A stretch of 64,000 nt of DNA from Candidatus Omnitrophota bacterium (GTDB taxonomy: Bacteria > Omnitrophota > Gorgyraeia > Zapsychrales > Fredricksoniimonadaceae), in the NCBI GenBank assembly GCA_015228785.1, contig JADGCU010000001.1, positions 1,846 through 65,845 of the forward strand, read 5' to 3'. Every line of letters starts with the position of its first letter. The stretch's first letter is position 1. Of the stretch, positions 59,904 to 64,000 are shown in pieces. A model generated the notes under the pieces. The model searched no databases. It saw nothing but the letters and a program-made list of their open reading frames with translations, and was not told where the DNA came from. The position numbers and the translations under genes were made by a program.

Positions 59904-60878
59904 TCAATGATAGATACACGCTGGATCAAAGTCCATATAATCGCCGCTTTCGGCATAGGCCCGGGCACGGCATCCGCCGCAGGACATCTTGTGCTCACAG
60001 GCGCCGCACTGCCCTGTATAATTGGCCTCACGCAACTCCTTAAAAAGAGAATGCTCTTTCCACATCTCGCTGAATTTCTGATCCCTGACATTAGCCACAC
60101 GAACCGGGAAATACGGACAGGGATGAACGTCCCCGTTAGGAAGAATGACGCAGTAACTCGTTCCGGCCAAACAACCCTTCTGAAACCGTGTCGACTGCCC
60201 CAAATCTTTAGCAAGAGGAACAAACTGCGGTGCGCAGACCGGTTTCAATTCGATCGACACCTCTCCCTGCTTCTTCATGATCTTCTGTAAAAGCTCCTGG
60301 TATTTATCATCAGGGATGACCGCATCCATATCTTTCCCTCTTCCTGTGGGAACAAGAAAGAAAATATGATGCGCCTTGGCGCCAAGCTCAACAGCAAGAT
60401 CCGTGATCTTCTCAACATCTTTATAATTGTAGGTCGTGACCGTCGTGTGGATCTGGAAATCCAGCCCTTCCTCACGGCAGATCTTCATGGCCGCGATAGT
60501 GCCCTTCCAGGCGCCTTGTTCCTGACGGAAATCATCATGAACATTCTCACTAATGCTATCAAGGCTGATCCCGGCACGAACCAGGCCTGCCTCCTTAAGC
60601 TTTCGAGCTACTTCCCGCGTGATCAACAGACCGTTCGATCCCAAAACCGGACGGATCCCCTGCGCCTTGGCATGGCGGATCAGATCATAAACATCCGCCC
60701 GCATCAACGGCTCTCCACCGCTAATGATAAGGATTTTAAAACCTGCCTTGGCGATCTCCTCGATCAGATCAAGCCCTTCGGCTGTTGTTAACTCGCCTTT
60801 TTGTTTTACTCCTGCGTCCCGATAACAATGCTTACACTTAAGCTGACATTCCTTAGTAATATTCCATGAAATAATCAT
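59904..60878 (-). CDS. radical SAM/SPASM protein, NirJ/AhbC/AhbD family (AhbD-like by size, tentative)
   Basis: CQLKCKHCY cluster motif, SGGEPL, and C-terminal extra cysteines (CGACEHKMSCGGC). I moved the start to ATG 60878, just after the hemB stop. Confidence 0.75.
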   Translation of the reverse strand: MIISWNITKECQLKCKHCYRDAGVKQKGELTTAEGLDLIEEIAKAGFKILIISGGEPLMRADVYDLIRHAKAQGIRPVLGSNGLLITREVARKLKEAGLVRAGISLDSISENVHDDFRQEQGAWKGTIAAMKICREEGLDFQIHTTVTTYNYKDVEKITDLAVELGAKAHHIFFLVPTGRGKDMDAVIPDDKYQELLQKIMKKQGEVSIELKPVCAPQFVPLAKDLGQSTRFQKGCLAGTSYCVILPNGDVHPCPYFPVRVANVRDQKFSEMWKEHSLFKELREANYTGQCGACEHKMSCGGCRARAYAESGDYMDFDPACIYH

Positions 60879-60879
60879 T

Positions 60880-61860
60880 CTATTCTTTCCTCCACCGCGC
60901 GATATCGCAGGCGTGATAACTAATGATAATACCAGCCCCCGCACGATGGATTGCTGTCATGATCTCTAATACGATCTTCTTCTCATCTACCCAACCATTT
61001 TTGGCTGCTGCCTTGACCATGGCGTATTCACCGCTCACATTGTAAGCCGCAAGCGGAAGCTTAACTTTGTCTTTTACTCGACGAATAATATCAAGATACG
61101 GCAAAGCGGGCTTGACCATCACAATATCCGCGTCTTCTTTAATATCCGCAGCCACTTCTTTCAGGGAAACGTCCCCATCGGAAGGATTCAATTGATAAGA
61201 ACTGCGATCGCCAAATTTTGGCGCTGACAAGGCCGCATCACGAAACGGTCCGTAAAAAGCCGAGGCGTATTTCACGCTATAACCCATGATCGGAATATGC
61301 TTTAAGCCGCTTTTGTCCAGTGCCGCGCGGATCGCTTTCACCTGTCCGTGCATCATGGCGGACGGCGCCACCATATCCGCCCCTGCTCTGGCCTGCGATA
61401 AGGCTGTTTCGGCTAAAAGCTTTAAGGTCTGTTTAAGATCAATAAACTCTGATAAAGAGCAGGGTGTTGTCTTAGTTTTCGCCGCTTCCTTGACAACCCC
61501 GCAATGGCCGTGACTGGTGTATTCGCACAGGCACACATCCGTAATGACAAGAATGTCCTTCACTTTCTTTTTGATCGCCTCTATAGCCTTCTGAACGATC
61601 CCGTCAGCCGCATACGCCCCGGTAGCCAAGAGATCTTTCTTGGACGGGATTCCGAAAATAATAACCGCAGGAATCCCTAACTTCTTGGCAGCTGCCACTT
61701 CCTTGACAAGATTATCGATCGAGAATTGAAATACGCCTGGCATGGACTTAACAGGATTCTTGATCCCCTTGCCCTCGACAACAAAATACGGCATGATCAA
61801 AGAATAATCTTGAGGCCTGACAAGCTTCTGAACAATAGATTTACGGGATACGATCGACAT
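60880..61860 (-). CDS. hemB: porphobilinogen synthase (delta-aminolevulinate dehydratase)
   Basis: Zn-site DVCLCEYTSHGHCG and the active-site lysine contexts (VMVKPALPYLD, SGEYAM). Confidence 0.95.
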   Translation of the reverse strand: MSIVSRKSIVQKLVRPQDYSLIMPYFVVEGKGIKNPVKSMPGVFQFSIDNLVKEVAAAKKLGIPAVIIFGIPSKKDLLATGAYAADGIVQKAIEAIKKKVKDILVITDVCLCEYTSHGHCGVVKEAAKTKTTPCSLSEFIDLKQTLKLLAETALSQARAGADMVAPSAMMHGQVKAIRAALDKSGLKHIPIMGYSVKYASAFYGPFRDAALSAPKFGDRSSYQLNPSDGDVSLKEVAADIKEDADIVMVKPALPYLDIIRRVKDKVKLPLAAYNVSGEYAMVKAAAKNGWVDEKKIVLEIMTAIHRAGAGIIISYHACDIARWRKE

Positions 61861-61862
61861 TT

Positions 61863-63044
61863 TTACAGTGCCTTTACAGCAGGCGTTTCTGTCTCAAACA
61901 CTTCTTTGTCAGTTAAGTAACAAGCTGGATCATCCGCCCAAACATCCCCCGTAGCGGCCCAAGCGCGCACACGCAGATTGCCATTACAAATATCCAAGAA
62001 TTTACAAGTTGGGCATCTGCCCTTCAAGAATGGTTGGCGATTTTTAAGCTTGCCCATCAATTCATGAGATGTATCCATCCAGATATCGCCAAACTTTCTT
62101 TCTTTCACATTACCAAAAGAGACATTCTGCCAGAATTGATCGCCATGAACATTGCCCAGATTATCAATATCCGATATCCCAACGCCCGATGCATTCCCGC
62201 CATTGGCTCTTAACGTATGATAGATCTGATCTGCCAAAGCGCTATCACGCTCTTTGACCTTCAAATACAAATACGCGCCATCTGCATGATTATCAACGGT
62301 CAGGACCTCTTTATTGATCCCGCGCTTGGCAAGCGACAGGACCCAATTATAAATATCATCGATCGCCTTGCGTGTTTCCGCAAGACCAAGATCATTTTCC
62401 TGCTGAACTGATCCCCGTCCAGAATACGCCAAATGATAAAAACAAATACGATTGACCGCTTCCTTCTCAACCAGATCAAAGATCTGAGAAATATCACGAA
62501 AGTTATGAGCGGTAATTGTAAAGCGTAAACCAACCTTCTGCCCGACATCAACCAGATTTCTGATCCCGCTTAACGCATCATCAAAAGCGCCGATCTTGCC
62601 GCGGAAACGGTCATTATTCTTTCCTATGCCGTCTAAACTAACACCAATATATTCAAAACCTGAATCCTTGATCTTTCGCGCAATTTGAGGCGTAATCAAG
62701 GTCCCGTTTGTTGAAATAACTGTACGAAGCCCGCGCTCTCTGGCATAGGCGTTTAATTCAAAAAGGTCTTCACGCATCAAAGGCTCGCCACCAGAAAACA
62801 AAAGGACAGGAACGTTAAACTCCTTAAGGTCCCGGATCAGCGTCTTACCTTCTTCTGTCGTCAACTCGCCCGCATAGGGTGTATCATGGGAATCAGCATA
62901 GCAATGAACACAATTCAAATTACAACGGCGGGAACAGTTCCAAACAGCGATCGGACGACGCAAAGACTCATCCTTCTGCCGACGATATCGAAGATGATCG
63001 CCGTAAGAGGTGACATCTCCCAAAAGCCCTGTAAAACTGATCAT
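61863..63044 (-). CDS. radical SAM/SPASM protein, NirJ/AhbC/AhbD family (AhbC-like by size, tentative)
   Basis: CNLNCVHCY cluster motif, SGGEPL, and the C-terminal CPTCKFLDICNGN SPASM-like cluster. Confidence 0.75.
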   Translation of the reverse strand: MISFTGLLGDVTSYGDHLRYRRQKDESLRRPIAVWNCSRRCNLNCVHCYADSHDTPYAGELTTEEGKTLIRDLKEFNVPVLLFSGGEPLMREDLFELNAYARERGLRTVISTNGTLITPQIARKIKDSGFEYIGVSLDGIGKNNDRFRGKIGAFDDALSGIRNLVDVGQKVGLRFTITAHNFRDISQIFDLVEKEAVNRICFYHLAYSGRGSVQQENDLGLAETRKAIDDIYNWVLSLAKRGINKEVLTVDNHADGAYLYLKVKERDSALADQIYHTLRANGGNASGVGISDIDNLGNVHGDQFWQNVSFGNVKERKFGDIWMDTSHELMGKLKNRQPFLKGRCPTCKFLDICNGNLRVRAWAATGDVWADDPACYLTDKEVFETETPAVKAL

Positions 63045-64000
63045 GAGGTTGCTCTCTTTGTGGAAACATAATAATCCGTCAAGGCGTTGGCAACGCCCTC
63101 CATGGTGTATTCCCGGCTTTCAACCGTCACAGGAAGCCCCGCTTCACGGACACTAGAGGCTGTGACAGGGCCGATAGCCGCGATCACAACATCTTTAGTC
63201 AATCTTTTGCGCTCATCCTTACCAAAAACATTCACAAAACTATCCACGCATGATGAACTGGTCAACATCACCGCATCCACCTTGCGCGCCACAAATAACT
63301 TCTTGATCCGCCCATGATTACTGGTCAATGGCTCCGCCTTGTAAAGATCAAGCATATCCAAAAGGATCCCGGACTTTTTCAATTCCCGTTCAAGAACAGG
63401 GCGACTTCCGGCAGCATGAACAAGTAGCGCCTTTGATTTCTTGTTCGCGACTCCCTTTATGATCACCTTCGCCAAAGCCTCTTGTATGAAATCCTGAGGC
63501 ATGAGCGCTACAGAGATCCCGTTTTTCGTAAGAGTATCTCCGGTCTTTTTGCCGATCGCTGCAAATTTCTTTGTCTTGAAAACAGAACGACTAACCTTAT
63601 AACGATCCATCATCTGAAAAAACAAAGCAACGCCATTGGCACTTGTAAAGATCAACCACTCATACGAATCCAAAGAAAAAAGAACGCTCTTGAGCCGAGC
63701 CACATCTTTTGTCGGAACAATCTTAATGAGAGGGATTGCGGACACCTTAGCCCCGCGTGCCTCCAGCAGGCTCTTTAAATCGCTTGCCTGATGCTGCGGA
63801 CGTGTCACAAGAATATGTTTCCCCGAAAGCGGCTGCTGGGGAACAAACCATTCCAATTTCTCACGCAGGCGAACCACCTCTCCGATCACAATGATCGCCG
63901 GTGCCTTCATGCCTGATGCCTTGACCTTGCTCACAATACTTGAGATCTCTCCGACGACAACTTTCTGATTCCAGCGCGTGCCGTTGCTGATCAATGCGAC
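63041..64000 (-). CDS. uroporphyrinogen-III C-methyltransferase / uroporphyrinogen-III synthase fusion; N-terminus outside window
   Basis: The frame is open to nt 64000. A SUMT C-terminus (VALISNGTRWNQKVVVGE...APAIIVIGEVVRL) is followed by a complete HemD-like domain (about 250 aa). Confidence 0.85.
   Translation of the reverse strand, partial: VALISNGTRWNQKVVVGEISSIVSKVKASGMKAPAIIVIGEVVRLREKLEWFVPQQPLSGKHILVTRPQHQASDLKSLLEARGAKVSAIPLIKIVPTKDVARLKSVLFSLDSYEWLIFTSANGVALFFQMMDRYKVSRSVFKTKKFAAIGKKTGDTLTKNGISVALMPQDFIQEALAKVIIKGVANKKSKALLVHAAGSRPVLERELKKSGILLDMLDLYKAEPLTSNHGRIKKLFVARKVDAVMLTSSSCVDSFVNVFGKDERKRLTKDVVIAAIGPVTASSVREAGLPVTVESREYTMEGVANALTDYYVSTKRATS

Noticed and set aside
59616-60290. 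A 224-aa plus-strand ORF, together with many similar antisense ORFs in the track (e.g. 4231-4695, 8890-9330, 11674-12090, 15767-16162, 32855-33238, 34434-34820, 36569-37063, 54804-55208, 56859-57149).
   Set aside because: Each lies entirely inside a longer opposite-strand gene with clear family motifs. They have R/S/P-rich low-complexity composition and no RBS. They are shadow ORFs.

Overview
This is a 64 kb chromosomal window from a bacterium with moderate GC content. It is densely coded and consists mostly of housekeeping metabolism. My guess, at low confidence, is an uncultivated anaerobe of the PVC/Omnitrophota type, based on gene content (Ahb heme pathway, 11-subunit complex I, GlgE pathway, a pilin-like protein); I have no rRNA to confirm it. 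The plus-strand block 1-18.6 kb holds a vWA protein, a SUI1/YciH gene, a THUMP methyltransferase, acnA, leuCD, ilvD, aroC, an SDR, a cNMP-gated patatin, a cupin and a giant pilin-like protein. The mixed block 18.8-40.3 kb holds mutY, nadK, a HAD hydrolase, queH, a 1572-aa CHASE-PAS-GGDEF-EAL sensor, tcdA, tatD, a GHL10 hydrolase, a MATE pump, GTP-PEPCK, glgE with a GlgM-like synthase, and CDGSH and flavoprotein genes. tRNA-Asn at 40.4 kb is followed by a repeat-flanked nucleotidyltransferase/HEPN toxin-antitoxin cassette. Next comes a four-gene exopolysaccharide module (GT2 synthase plus TPR porin), then menA and a CPBP protease. A long minus-strand run (48.4-64 kb) follows, with nuoABCDHIJKLMN (no nuoEFG), hemL, ahb-type siroheme decarboxylase and radical SAM genes, hemB, and a cobA-hemD fusion cut by the window edge. 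The most unusual observations are: (1) a GspG-type pseudopilin fused to about 520 aa of Cys-rich repeats; (2) a cNMP-binding / degenerate ParA-like / patatin three-domain protein; (3) three in-frame stop codons (one TAA, one TAG, one TGA) interrupting two otherwise intact conserved genes, with the TGA sitting exactly on the invariant Trp of the GT2 QxxRW motif; (4) a direct-repeat-flanked MNT-HEPN cassette next to tRNA-Asn, with a nested 114-bp palindrome; (5) an in-frame palindromic insertion inside acnA. I saw no CRISPR array, rRNA, transposase or integrase. All functional calls come from motif and family recognition by eye; no database searches were run.
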